Shown: positions 45,735-56,561 of the stretch, piece by piece
Position numbering within the stretch: the stretch's first letter is position 1
How the letters are laid out: every line of letters begins with the position of its first letter
Sequence record: MN101221.1
DNA: 64,000 nt
Source: Klebsiella phage KMI7
Reading direction: 5' to 3' (one strand)
Notes under the pieces: generated by a model
Told to the model about the DNA's origin: nothing
The model's input: only the letters and a program-made list of their open reading frames with translations
Databases searched by the model: none
Translations under genes and position numbers: made by a program

Positions 45735-47500
45735 AATTAGGCGGAAATTTACACTCACCTTTCTTTGATGGGGTGGTTGAAAACGTTGATGATCCGCGCG
45801 GGTTGGGCCGTGTTCAAGTCCGTGTATTTGGACAACACCCAGCCCAAAAACAAAAATCCGATGCAATCGGTGTTCCTGTTGAAGATTTACCCTGGATGAT
45901 GCCTATTCAGGATATTAGAAGCGCTGCGATCTCTGGTGTGGGCTTCTCTCCAACTGGTATCACTCGCGGATCCTTTGTTGTTGGTTATTGGCGTGACAAA
46001 TGGCACCAAGATGGTATGATAATCGGTACTGTCGCTGGTGAATATGTCGAACAACCAGACACACAGAAAGGTTTTTGCGATCCTATGGGTGAATACCCTC
46101 GCTATGTTGGTAACGATGTTAACTCCCTTGCATTAGGTGGTTTGAAAGGCAAAGGATCATCAAGTGTCATCATTCGTGATTCAAACACAAGCATAGCAGT
46201 AAACCCAGACGATCGCCCACTGGATGAGATACCAGAAGATAACCGCCCTGATACGGGTGGATTTACGATCGAAAAGATGCTCAAACAGGATGAGGGGATC
46301 CGCACACGCTGGTATACAGACAGTGAAGGATATCCGACAATTGGGATCGGGCATTTGCTTATCCGCGAAAAGACTCGCGACACTGCAAAAATTAACGCTG
46401 CGATCAGTAAAGCGGTAGGTCGAGAAGTAACAAACGGAACAATCACGGCAGAAGAGGTATCAACCTTATTTGCTCAAGATTTAGCCAAAGTAAGATCTGA
46501 TATTCAGAGAACCGCTAACGTCCGTGAAGTGTATGTGAACCTCAACCGTCCTCGTCAAATGGCGATCGAAAACATGTCGTTTCAAATGGGCGTCGGCGGT
46601 GTTGCTAAATTCACCAATACCCTAAAAGCGATGAAAAATGAAGATTGGCAAGCGGCTTATAATGGTCTTCGAAATTCACTGTGGGCTAGTCAAACTCCAG
46701 GCCGTTCTTCTCGCGTGTCTAAAATCGTCCTCACGGGCAACCTTGAATCATATGGGGTGCAAGTACCAGATCCGGAAGGGCGCTCTCTGAGTGCTGCTTA
46801 CGCTGCGTATAACGGTGCTACATTGTTGGCTGCTAGTCCGGAAGATCCGTTTACTCCTGGTGATACCCGTGTGATGTTTGAAGAACCAGCATCATCTTAT
46901 AATGCGGAATATCCGTATAACATGGTGTTTGAATCGAGATCCGGACACATTCAGGAATTCGATGATACCCCAGGATACGAACGATATAACCGTGTTCACC
47001 CAGCAGGGAGTTACGAAGAAATTCGCCCGGATGGAACCCGCGTTGTTAAAATCGTAGGGGATGATTATCAGATTGTGATGCAGGGCCGGAAACTCAACGT
47101 TAAAGGCAACTTGCAGGTAGTTATTGAAGGCGATGCGTTCATTTACAACATGGGTAACGTTCAACAAACGGTTGATGGTAACGTAACTGAATTTGTTCGT
47201 GGAAACGTTCAACAAACGGTTGAAGGTGAGTACGTTGGCCTTATTAAAGGCAATGCTGAACTAACTGTAAACAAAGATGCAACAGTTAACGTTGATCAGA
47301 ATCTTACCGCAAATGTGAAACAGAATGCAACCGTGGCTGTAACAGAAGACGCAACGGTCAGTGCAAAAAATGCGAAAATTGAGATTGAAGAAACGATGGA
47401 TATCGGTGCTAAAGATATCAATATCAAAGCAACGAATAACACGTTTATTGACTCTGGCGCATTAACAAAAATCACTGGCGGCACCGTCCAAGTGGGGTAA
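45731..47500 (+). CDS. 5: baseplate hub/spike plus cell-puncturing lysozyme gp5
   Basis: 589 aa (T4 gp5 is 575 aa). OB-fold N-terminus; T4-lysozyme-like domain (EGIRTRWYTDSEGYPTIGIGHLL) from about 46253; C-terminal beta-helix repeats (VQQTVDGNV.../VQQTVEGEY...). Confidence 0.9.
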   Translation: MKLGGNLHSPFFDGVVENVDDPRGLGRVQVRVFGQHPAQKQKSDAIGVPVEDLPWMMPIQDIRSAAISGVGFSPTGITRGSFVVGYWRDKWHQDGMIIGTVAGEYVEQPDTQKGFCDPMGEYPRYVGNDVNSLALGGLKGKGSSSVIIRDSNTSIAVNPDDRPLDEIPEDNRPDTGGFTIEKMLKQDEGIRTRWYTDSEGYPTIGIGHLLIREKTRDTAKINAAISKAVGREVTNGTITAEEVSTLFAQDLAKVRSDIQRTANVREVYVNLNRPRQMAIENMSFQMGVGGVAKFTNTLKAMKNEDWQAAYNGLRNSLWASQTPGRSSRVSKIVLTGNLESYGVQVPDPEGRSLSAAYAAYNGATLLAASPEDPFTPGDTRVMFEEPASSYNAEYPYNMVFESRSGHIQEFDDTPGYERYNRVHPAGSYEEIRPDGTRVVKIVGDDYQIVMQGRKLNVKGNLQVVIEGDAFIYNMGNVQQTVDGNVTEFVRGNVQQTVEGEYVGLIKGNAELTVNKDATVNVDQNLTANVKQNATVAVTEDATVSAKNAKIEIEETMDIGAKDINIKATNNTFIDSGALTKITGGTVQVG

Positions 47501-47504
47501 TTAA

Positions 47505-49571
47505 ATGATTATGGATTATGAATCAATAATTGATGGAATTATGCAAAATTATCAACATCCTTGTGATGCTGAGATCCCCGCTGGCTATTATCGGCGGGTT
47601 ATCTGGCAAGGGCATACAGAAAATTATCCGGCTGTTGGGGTTGAGTGGGATACCGAGATAATCAAAATCGGTACTCATCTTTATACTCAAGAACCGTTCG
47701 GACATAGAAGCACGGATCTACCTGTTGTCAATTCACCAGGAACAGATCCAAATACCGGACAACCAACAGGGATCCTTGTTCCAAAGATTGGTTATTATTT
47801 CAACACTCAAGCAGAAATTGATGCTTACATTACATCTATTGGTGCAACTAAAATCAATGGTGGTAATGATTGGTATGGCGCGGATCTGTCAAAATCAAAC
47901 CTATACAAAAACCCTGGCGAACTGGCTATGTATAAGGTCGAAAACAGTGGTGGATATCTTTCCGGAACAAACCCTGTATGTGATGCTCGCATACGTCAGA
48001 CGTATAATCAGGACACTGGCGCATTCACCAATATTGATTATTATTGGAACGGTAATCGTATAGCCTATATGAAGCATGATGAAACAGGGGCGCACCAGTG
48101 CAAATATACGGGTATGCAGGTTAACACCAACGCAGATACAAGCATTCCTCCTGTTCCTCCTGCAATGCCTTCCACTTATGGGGCATTACCGAGTGAATTA
48201 AGCCGTGCTGATATTTCGTGCATTCCGGCAACTGTTGGTTTCGCATATACAAATATCAGTGATGCTATGTTACAGGCATGGAATGAAACCCGTCATACGT
48301 TCAAGCTACAGTTTAACATGTTAACGGGTGCTGTACAGAATGGATTCGGGATCGCGACGATGTTTGATGGTTTATCCGTATCGATGGAAGAAGTAATGGC
48401 GGGGGCGCTCGCATTGTCACAGCAAGCATGGCAAACTGCTATGAAAGTTTTCAGACAAGTGATTAGCGCTGCATTTAACATTATCGGTGGTGCATGGGGA
48501 TTGATTAATCAGTTCTTGCCTCAAGTAACCATCTTAGGTGTTGCGATCAACATTTACGATCTGGTGTTTGGTGATAATTCTGTTCAGACTTTGAAAGATG
48601 CTTTTAATGCAATCATCAAATCCGGACAACAAACATATGAAACCGTCATAAACGCAATATACGGGGCCATAGGAAGCGCATACAATTACTCTGTGGAATA
48701 TGTCAAAGCTGGCGCTCGCGACCTTGTGGATGCGTGTAGCGCGTTATTTGATTGGTGTTTAACGATGTTCCAAAACGGTTGCGTTGCATTAATCGACTTA
48801 TACGGTCGGATCATGCAAACATGGGCTATCCCTCCGGAAGTCCCAAACCCGTTATGGTCTGCGGTGCTGGCTATCCGTAACATCATGATGCAAATCAAAC
48901 CACTTGATATAATTCTGGGCGGTAACTTCCCTGGATTCACTGCAATGGATTTGTATCAACAAGCACAGGAAAAAGTCAAGGCTTTTGTTGATGAGTCATA
49001 CGAACAGATCCGAGGGCTTTATGAACAGGGGCAGGAACTTTACAAAACGTTAAAAAATCAGATTTTCGAACGTGATGCAATTCAGAGAAAATTCAACCAG
49101 TACTTAAACTGGATGTGGGGCGCTGTAACAGACGAAGCAACAGCGGCTTATCAATCTGCATTGGATGCTGCAAACGCTGCTGTAGCTGCAACACAGGCCG
49201 CGTATGACGCTATACAGGAACAGATTGGATCTCTACAAGATGCAATGAAAGATACATACAGCATGGCGATGGAAGAATTAAAGAAATTGCCTTTGATGAG
49301 TACAATAAACGAGTTTTTAGGCTTCTGTGGTGTCGCATTTGACGATCTTCTCAAGTCATATGAAAATGCGATTACTGGTGCTCAGTCGCTGTACAAAAAT
49401 TTCATTGATAGTTCGCGCTCGTTTAAAGATCACTGCAAAGTAATCTATAACCAAATTTGTACGTTGGCGTTGAGTAAAGTCACACAATATGTGAATAAAT
49501 TGCTGTCTCTCATAGGATTAGCAATCAACTTTGGTTCGATTAGTGTATGTGTTCCAGTACTGAAATACTAA
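47505..49571 (+). CDS. hypothetical 688-aa protein between gp5 and gp6 (N-terminal globular domain plus long Ala/Gln-rich helical and hydrophobic C-terminal region)
   Basis: Complete ORF in baseplate operon context. Residues about 300-688 are predicted helical with amphipathic/hydrophobic stretches (GGAWGLINQFLPQVTILGVAINIYDLVFG; LSLIGLAINFGSISVCVPVL). No PAAR motif seen. Confidence 0.6.
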   Translation: MIMDYESIIDGIMQNYQHPCDAEIPAGYYRRVIWQGHTENYPAVGVEWDTEIIKIGTHLYTQEPFGHRSTDLPVVNSPGTDPNTGQPTGILVPKIGYYFNTQAEIDAYITSIGATKINGGNDWYGADLSKSNLYKNPGELAMYKVENSGGYLSGTNPVCDARIRQTYNQDTGAFTNIDYYWNGNRIAYMKHDETGAHQCKYTGMQVNTNADTSIPPVPPAMPSTYGALPSELSRADISCIPATVGFAYTNISDAMLQAWNETRHTFKLQFNMLTGAVQNGFGIATMFDGLSVSMEEVMAGALALSQQAWQTAMKVFRQVISAAFNIIGGAWGLINQFLPQVTILGVAINIYDLVFGDNSVQTLKDAFNAIIKSGQQTYETVINAIYGAIGSAYNYSVEYVKAGARDLVDACSALFDWCLTMFQNGCVALIDLYGRIMQTWAIPPEVPNPLWSAVLAIRNIMMQIKPLDIILGGNFPGFTAMDLYQQAQEKVKAFVDESYEQIRGLYEQGQELYKTLKNQIFERDAIQRKFNQYLNWMWGAVTDEATAAYQSALDAANAAVAATQAAYDAIQEQIGSLQDAMKDTYSMAMEELKKLPLMSTINEFLGFCGVAFDDLLKSYENAITGAQSLYKNFIDSSRSFKDHCKVIYNQICTLALSKVTQYVNKLLSLIGLAINFGSISVCVPVLKY

Positions 49572-49602
49572 ATAGTCGAATGATCAAGAGGAATTTATAA
49601 TA

Positions 49603-51528
49603 ATGGCTACTGCTAAGACTAAGACTGTCAAAAAACAGATTAACCAAATCCCCGATATCTTTATCGGGGGTACTTTCGAAGAAATTAAATCGGATCTGAT
49701 TGATTGGCTGGGTGGACAAGAAGAGTTTAAGGATTACGATTTTTCCGGCTCACGAATGAACGTACTGATCGACCTTCTGTCGTATGCTACTCTTTATATT
49801 CAGCAGATGGGTAACACGGCTCTATTTGAATCGTTTATTCGCACGGCTGCGTTGCGTAGTTCTGTTGTACAGTCTGCTCAAGAACTGGGATATATGCCAG
49901 ATTCGCGCACGGCTGCAAGCACAGCAGTTATGATTACGGCTGCTAACCCACTGACCCCAACATCGATCCGTATCCCGCGCGGTACAAAATTCATCGGTAC
50001 TGTAAAGAATACAGACAGTTATTCTTTTGTTGTATCAGATGACGTTGTTATCGTTCGTGATAGTAATAACAACTATACATCAATGCTGAACCTGGTGCAA
50101 GGCCGTTTAGTTCGTACTGAACTAATTTATGACGGTTCGAGTATCTTGATCCGAGATCCAAACATTGACCGTAGTCAGGTACGTTTAACTGTAAACGGCG
50201 CACAATGGGAAGACTGGACAAACGAAAGCATTGTAAACGCAACAGGCGCAAGCACGATTTACTACATGCGTGAAACTGTTGATGGACATACCGAAGTTTA
50301 TTTCGGTGAAGGTGAAGCAAGTCAACAAGTGGCTGGTGGCGCACTAACCGCTGAATATATCGGGGGCTTGAAACCTGCTAATGGTTCGACTATCGTTATT
50401 GAGTACCTGTCAACCGATGGGGAAGCGGCTAACGGTGCAAAAGATTTTATCTATGTCGATACATTAACCAATATTAGCATCACTAACATCGAAGAAAACC
50501 CGACTAAATCCCCTGATTATGTTGGTGCTGATGGTGGTGGTGATCCGGAAGATATCGAGCGTATTCGAGAACTGGCCCCTGTTATGCGTGAAACACAACG
50601 CCGTTGTGTAACTGCATCGGATTATGAATCATTCCTGTCTCACAGATTTGGTTCTATCATCCAGGCGGTACAGTGCTTTACTGATAACGAAAAACCTGGT
50701 TATGCTTTCATTTCTGTTAAACCAAAGTCAGGTTTACGCCTAACATCGGTACAGAAAGAAGATATGCAAACGTATCTTTCGAAATATAACCTAGCGACGA
50801 TCACCCCGTCGATTATGGATCCTAACTATCTGTATATTGTGCAATCTGTCAAAGTAACGTATGATATCAGTAAGTTGACGGAATCAGAGGAATGGTTACG
50901 CGGTCAGGTTATTTCGTCGATCGACTCTTACTATACTGACAACGTTGAAATTTTCAACAAATCTTTCAGTGTATCTAAGATGTTGACTTATGTCGATCAG
51001 TCTGATACTTCTATTATCGGTTCGGAAGCAGATATTAAATTGCTCCGTGAAATTGACAACTATTACAGCGCCCCTATGTCTGGGATCCATTTCTTGAACC
51101 AAGTGGAATCTAAATCAATCATTTCCAGTACGTTCAAGTTCACCAACGAAGAAGACGAAAGTTATGATGTTCGTTATGCTTCTACGGAAATGGATCAGGA
51201 TGGTAACGCAAAAATTGTAATAGGCCCGTTCAAGGATGGGGATATTTCGATCGCTGCTTATACAGGCGATGACTTTGAAAAATTAACAGATGCAGGAACC
51301 CGTAATAAATATTACGAAGTTGGATCGGTTTCTCATTACACCGATTTCATTAGTTTTGACCTGGGCGTTCTGAACGTATCCGCCGATAGTTTCAGCGCTG
51401 CTTATATCGAGCTAAATGCAAAACCTCTCGAAGAAACCATTTTTACTCGCGATGGTTCGTTGATCGTGTTTGAAAATGACCTGCGTCCTCAATATACCAC
51501 ATTGACTATGAATCCTATCAGTCAATAA
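49603..51528 (+). CDS. 6: baseplate wedge protein gp6
   Basis: 641 aa (T4 gp6 is 660 aa); gpJ-like; synteny. Confidence 0.85.
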   Translation: MATAKTKTVKKQINQIPDIFIGGTFEEIKSDLIDWLGGQEEFKDYDFSGSRMNVLIDLLSYATLYIQQMGNTALFESFIRTAALRSSVVQSAQELGYMPDSRTAASTAVMITAANPLTPTSIRIPRGTKFIGTVKNTDSYSFVVSDDVVIVRDSNNNYTSMLNLVQGRLVRTELIYDGSSILIRDPNIDRSQVRLTVNGAQWEDWTNESIVNATGASTIYYMRETVDGHTEVYFGEGEASQQVAGGALTAEYIGGLKPANGSTIVIEYLSTDGEAANGAKDFIYVDTLTNISITNIEENPTKSPDYVGADGGGDPEDIERIRELAPVMRETQRRCVTASDYESFLSHRFGSIIQAVQCFTDNEKPGYAFISVKPKSGLRLTSVQKEDMQTYLSKYNLATITPSIMDPNYLYIVQSVKVTYDISKLTESEEWLRGQVISSIDSYYTDNVEIFNKSFSVSKMLTYVDQSDTSIIGSEADIKLLREIDNYYSAPMSGIHFLNQVESKSIISSTFKFTNEEDESYDVRYASTEMDQDGNAKIVIGPFKDGDISIAAYTGDDFEKLTDAGTRNKYYEVGSVSHYTDFISFDLGVLNVSADSFSAAYIELNAKPLEETIFTRDGSLIVFENDLRPQYTTLTMNPISQ

Positions 51529-51535
51529 TCTTTAA

Positions 51536-51568
51536 CCCCTGTCTTCGGATAGGGGTTTTTCTTTTTAT
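51536..51568 (+). terminator. rho-independent terminator AACCCCTGTCTTCGGATAGGGGTTTTTCTTTTT
   Basis: GC stem plus long T-run immediately after the gp6 stop. Confidence 0.55.
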
Positions 51569-51608
51569 AAATACGTGATATACATAACCGCAAATTTGGA
51601 GAAATATA

Positions 51609-54600
51609 ATGATTAAAGCGCCTTCGATTACGAGTTTGCGCGTTGATAAGCTGGCTGCTAACTTCGTTTACCTTAAATGGGATGATGTTGGCATGGATTT
51701 CTATTATGTGGTTGAATTGGCCCGTAGCCGTGATATGGACGGAACTATTATCCCAGATGAAAATTTAATCTGGAGTCAGTTGGGCTATAGCTACGAAAAC
51801 GAATGGTTTAGCGATCAGGTTGCCCCAAATACACGTTATAAATTCCGTATTCAAACAACTCATGAAGGGTTTGAACCTTCTGATTGGGTGATCAGCGATG
51901 AATTATGGACGTTTGATGAGAACGCCTACGCATATACAACCATGCGTGAATTCACCCCTGCTGATTCGTTTATCAATGAAAAATTCGCCAAAAACAATCG
52001 TGATTACGTCGATTTTAACGATGATGTTATTATGGCTTCTCTGATGGTTGAGGATTTTGTATACTCTCCCCTGTATTCTGATGTAAGCCAGATCAGCGAT
52101 AAGATCCTGAAACAAGAAAGCTACCACGAAATTCAAGATCACATCGAACACGTTTGTAATGACATAGATCGCACGTTCCTGGTATACTCAAACGGATTGC
52201 TTTACCTGTTTGAACGTTTTCAGAATATGGCTAAAGTGTCAAATGACAAAGGCCAAACGTGGTATTACTACAAAGCATTAAACGATCGCGTAGGCAATCC
52301 GGTTTCCCGTACCGTTGCTTATCAGAGCGCTAACACTACGTATGTGTTAGGATACGATCGCATATTTTACGGGCGCACGTCAACAGATATTCGTTGGTCT
52401 TCTGATGAAGTTCGTTTTTCTGCTGATGATGTAACGTTTGCGAAGCTGGGGAACCAGTCAGGGTTAGATTTTGATGTTGACTCATACAACACGTATGCGC
52501 GTCTACCGGGCGGAGTGTCGAAGTATGCCGAAGCTATGGCTTGTTCTAGTGACTGGCTCTACGTGGCTGCTAAGAACGTTATGCGCCGTATTGCGTTACG
52601 TAACACACCAATTGATACTGATCCTGGTTCGCCGACCTTTGGTGAACGTATTTTTGATGAAGTTTCATATACCATCGTACCAGGAAATGATAAAATTGTT
52701 GTTAAAAAAATGGACGTGCTAAATGACCGTCTGTACGTTCTGGTAACTGGTGAAGTTAAAACGGCGATGATGGATCCGACTGTCAAGGCTAACGTGATCC
52801 CGTCAAACGATGCTGGCGTTTATCTGTGGGATGAGACTGCAAAGACGTTTACCCGTGTTTATGGTAAAACCGAAGAGGAACGTTTTTATATCACTCATGA
52901 ATATACCAATATGTCAACCAATGGCGATGAAGTTTACATTTCTGTTGGTAACTACAAATATCCAGGCACTTTGCCAGATCCAGATCTGGTTGAAAAGTAT
53001 CCGGAAGATGTGCATTCAGCGGTGAAATACGATCTTGTTCCTGGTTATACTGCGAGCATTTCGATTAACTTTGCTACAGTTCGTGCAAATCAGAACGATC
53101 CTACAGTATGGAACTTTGGGCCGCAAGAGTACTACAATGAAGCAAACTTTAGCTGGCATTTCCGCGATAAGGTTAGCACATGGATCACCAATGATAACCG
53201 TCCTCTGGTGGTTTATCCGGAAACCCTATATACTCTGGTTACTGATAGCGCGTCTCCTGCGTCAACGATTCGTGTAAACCATGAAGTTTGGGACAAAGGA
53301 ACAGTTACTATCTACTTGAATAATATCAAGTTTACTGGGTTTACGAAGTACACAAACGGTGTTCTGTTGTATCGCTCAGGTGGTAGGATAATTGGATTCT
53401 ATGAACTGTCATACCGCGCAAGGGATGAACTCACTATTTTCTGGAAACCTGATAACACTTTAATGGTGGCAAGTCTGGTTAATCAGGAACGTGAAAACCC
53501 ATACACGCCGGATATTGAACCTGGACTAATCGACCCTGATCTGAGTCACATGATCACTCGTTTTGCTCCGCAAAGCTATCTGGACAACCAACAGTTTGAA
53601 AAATTTGGTGAATACTATCTGCAATATATTTCGTTGGGAAGCAACAGTTACTATAACAAATTGCTGAACCTCATCCGGAACAAGTATCCGAGAGAGAAAA
53701 ACAACGTTGAATATTTGTGGTCTGAAATTAACCGCCGTAACATTTACCTGGATAAAACCAAACGTGAGGCAGTGGTTAGATTTTTTGAATCACGTGCAAG
53801 CGATTTCTATTCAACAAAAGGGATCGAAGCAAGTTATACGTTCCTGTTTAAATTGCTGTATAACGAAGATGTTTCCGTTGAGATCGAAAGCTCCAACAGT
53901 CTCGAATATGATATTTTGGTTAGTTCAACAAATATCAGTCAGGATATCGTAGGCCGGACGATCTATACACCAACTGGACGCGCTAACGTTACATACATCG
54001 AACGTGACTATGAAAATGGTCAATTGCGTTGGTCAATGACTCTGCATAATGCTCAAGGTAACTTTATCGAAGGGCAGGTTGTCAAGTCAGAAAAAACCAA
54101 TTTCACCGGAATGGTAATTCGTGGTGTTCGCGGTAAACAAATGGCTAACAACTCGATCGACTATATCAACCGTGGACGATCTTACTATGTGATGAAAATT
54201 CGTTCAAATCTACCAACTTCCCGTTATAAGGATGACGTATTGAGGTTTGTTCATCCGGTAGGATTCGGCTTTATGGGTATCACGATGTTAACAGTATTCA
54301 TCAACTCTGGTTTGTCAATGACTCATAACGAGACAATCATTGATATTCTGAGAAACTACCGTTTCGATAGTGGTTATCCTAAGTTCTGGCCTGATCGCAT
54401 TGCGAGTATGGACGGTAACGGAAACCAACAATTCGACCTGGTTACTGGTGAACCTCTGTACACCGCACACCCGCGAGCGGGGGAACCTTTTGATGTACCT
54501 CCGGAATATGACATTGAAGAAAAACCACTTAACGGTGTTCTTCCTTCTGCGCGACGGTTCGATCAAAGTCCGTTGTTCGATTGCTCAGGCGTTAAATATT

Positions 54601-54695
54601 CACAGTTCCGTAATTTGGTGGATAAACGACTGAAAGATGATGCAGGAAACCCACGTGATCCAAATCCTCCATCACAGATTAAGGTAGGAAATTAA
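51609..54695 (+). CDS. 7: baseplate wedge protein gp7
   Basis: 1028 aa (T4 gp7 is 1032 aa); synteny. Confidence 0.85.
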   Translation: MIKAPSITSLRVDKLAANFVYLKWDDVGMDFYYVVELARSRDMDGTIIPDENLIWSQLGYSYENEWFSDQVAPNTRYKFRIQTTHEGFEPSDWVISDELWTFDENAYAYTTMREFTPADSFINEKFAKNNRDYVDFNDDVIMASLMVEDFVYSPLYSDVSQISDKILKQESYHEIQDHIEHVCNDIDRTFLVYSNGLLYLFERFQNMAKVSNDKGQTWYYYKALNDRVGNPVSRTVAYQSANTTYVLGYDRIFYGRTSTDIRWSSDEVRFSADDVTFAKLGNQSGLDFDVDSYNTYARLPGGVSKYAEAMACSSDWLYVAAKNVMRRIALRNTPIDTDPGSPTFGERIFDEVSYTIVPGNDKIVVKKMDVLNDRLYVLVTGEVKTAMMDPTVKANVIPSNDAGVYLWDETAKTFTRVYGKTEEERFYITHEYTNMSTNGDEVYISVGNYKYPGTLPDPDLVEKYPEDVHSAVKYDLVPGYTASISINFATVRANQNDPTVWNFGPQEYYNEANFSWHFRDKVSTWITNDNRPLVVYPETLYTLVTDSASPASTIRVNHEVWDKGTVTIYLNNIKFTGFTKYTNGVLLYRSGGRIIGFYELSYRARDELTIFWKPDNTLMVASLVNQERENPYTPDIEPGLIDPDLSHMITRFAPQSYLDNQQFEKFGEYYLQYISLGSNSYYNKLLNLIRNKYPREKNNVEYLWSEINRRNIYLDKTKREAVVRFFESRASDFYSTKGIEASYTFLFKLLYNEDVSVEIESSNSLEYDILVSSTNISQDIVGRTIYTPTGRANVTYIERDYENGQLRWSMTLHNAQGNFIEGQVVKSEKTNFTGMVIRGVRGKQMANNSIDYINRGRSYYVMKIRSNLPTSRYKDDVLRFVHPVGFGFMGITMLTVFINSGLSMTHNETIIDILRNYRFDSGYPKFWPDRIASMDGNGNQQFDLVTGEPLYTAHPRAGEPFDVPPEYDIEEKPLNGVLPSARRFDQSPLFDCSGVKYSQFRNLVDKRLKDDAGNPRDPNPPSQIKVGN

Positions 54696-55688
54696 ATGGC
54701 ACAACAAAACTTGTATCGGTCGGTAATTACTGCAAAATTCCGAACCGAAAACTTGATGAACTTCAAAGATATGATCGGCGATGCCGCCGATCTAAACACG
54801 ATTTATATGTCTATTGGGCGAACTGAATCATGGGCGGATAACGAATCCGACCCTAACTTCGCCCCGCCATATCCAAATGATAGCACCGATGGTGTTAGTG
54901 ATATGTGGACGCATATGATCGGGGCTACTAAAGTTCCTGGTGATATGATAGATGCAATTTTACCACGTAAAGACTGGGGTGATACTCGTTATCCAAACCC
55001 GAAAATCTTTTACTTTAACGATATTGTCGTTGTAAACACCGCACCATATAACCGTACTGATCCGGGTAAAGGTTGGATGGTTTATCGTGTAGTTGATGTT
55101 CCTGATATCGGTTCTTGCTCCATTTCGAGCATTACCGGAAAACTTGAATGTATCAGGATCGGCGGTATCTGGAGTCCGTCTCATGAATCTAGTGAACCTC
55201 CACGCGGAGAAGCTAACGGGATCGACATGGGCGACGGTTATAAATGGGAATACCTCTACACAATCCCGCCAGATGTCGTGATCAACCGCTGTACAAACGA
55301 ACATATCGTAGTTCCTTTCCCTGGCGAACTGGAAGAGGATCCGGTACGTTGGGGTTATGATAACGTGATTCAATGGTATCCAGGGCAATACGATCTAGTG
55401 TATCGGTTGAAGGTGAATTCAATGCGTTTTCGTGCATACATGGATTCTCTTTTCTTCCCGCAATCTACGCTTCCTGGTAACAAAGGGTTCCGTCAGATAA
55501 GTATTATTGTAAACCCGTTGATTAAAAAGGCAAGCCCGACCGAACCTGAAAAGAAAGCAACTGGTGATTACTATAATGCTAACGCGCTTGAACCTGATTC
55601 CGGACGTATGATTTACATGGAAAACAGACAACCTATTATTCGCTCCCTTGATCAGACTGAGGAAGTGAGTATTGTATTCGAATTCTAA
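54696..55688 (+). CDS. 8: baseplate wedge protein gp8
   Basis: 330 aa (T4 gp8 is 334 aa); synteny. Confidence 0.8.
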   Translation: MAQQNLYRSVITAKFRTENLMNFKDMIGDAADLNTIYMSIGRTESWADNESDPNFAPPYPNDSTDGVSDMWTHMIGATKVPGDMIDAILPRKDWGDTRYPNPKIFYFNDIVVVNTAPYNRTDPGKGWMVYRVVDVPDIGSCSISSITGKLECIRIGGIWSPSHESSEPPRGEANGIDMGDGYKWEYLYTIPPDVVINRCTNEHIVVPFPGELEEDPVRWGYDNVIQWYPGQYDLVYRLKVNSMRFRAYMDSLFFPQSTLPGNKGFRQISIIVNPLIKKASPTEPEKKATGDYYNANALEPDSGRMIYMENRQPIIRSLDQTEEVSIVFEF

Positions 55689-55697
55689 GGAAAAACA

Positions 55698-56561
55698 ATG
55701 GCTTACCAAACAGCAAAAAAACTAATTGATGTCGGTGAAATCGGCAACCCATCAACAGGCGACCCGCTTTATGATGGTGGTGTTAAACTGAACGAAATGA
55801 TCACCAACGTTTATAATGCGTTTGGTGATGTGCGTATGCTGTCTGCAAACGAAGGTGTCGGTAACATGGTGATCCATGCTACCGGATACTATCAGAAACT
55901 ACCACGCACTTACTATTCAAGCACACCGATCGAACTGGGTTCCTTGCATGACATGGATACTTCAACAGGTTCGATTACCGTTGTTCTTCCTTCTGGTAAG
56001 GTTGGCGAAGGTTGCTACTTCATAAATAGTACGGGTAGTGTCTCTGTTGATCGTCCTATCGCGTTTCGTCCTCAAGTTGGCGATACTATCGCGGGGGTTG
56101 CAGACCAGTTGTATATCACGTCACCTTACACCTTTGTAAAAATCTGGTGTACCAAAAAAGAAGGTGCGGTAACAACATGGGATTATTCTGTAGAATCTAT
56201 GTTCGGTTCTAAAACGATGCCTGTTGACACTACGGCGCTTGTACTGAAAGCAAACCCGACTGCTATTCCTATGTTCGGATATAGCGAATTTAGCGGGGCT
56301 AAGGTGCTCGTATACGCAGAAAACGTAGCTGGTACAGTTACCAAAATGGCGGAAGTTTTAATGACCGTAGATCGTGTAAACAAAGCGATTTATTCAACGG
56401 AATACGCTATTTTGAAAAACAGTGAAGATGAAATGTTTACATTAAACTTTACTGTCGGTGCTGGTGATGTCGTATACGCTAACGTGCAAGCGATCAAAGA
56501 AGATCGAATTAAATTCACGATTAAAGCAATCGATACGATTAAATCAGGGATCGCGTCATGA
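55698..56561 (+). CDS. 9: baseplate wedge / long-tail-fibre socket protein gp9
   Basis: 287 aa (T4 gp9 is 288 aa); synteny. Confidence 0.8.
   Translation: MAYQTAKKLIDVGEIGNPSTGDPLYDGGVKLNEMITNVYNAFGDVRMLSANEGVGNMVIHATGYYQKLPRTYYSSTPIELGSLHDMDTSTGSITVVLPSGKVGEGCYFINSTGSVSVDRPIAFRPQVGDTIAGVADQLYITSPYTFVKIWCTKKEGAVTTWDYSVESMFGSKTMPVDTTALVLKANPTAIPMFGYSEFSGAKVLVYAENVAGTVTKMAEVLMTVDRVNKAIYSTEYAILKNSEDEMFTLNFTVGAGDVVYANVQAIKEDRIKFTIKAIDTIKSGIAS

Noticed and set aside
47505-49571. 688-aa protein as the tail tape-measure protein or as a gp27 homologue
   Set aside because: In T4-like phages the tape measure (gp29) and gp27 lie in a different operon (25-26-51-27-28-29-48-54). This ORF sits between 5 and 6 and has a distinct globular N-terminal domain.
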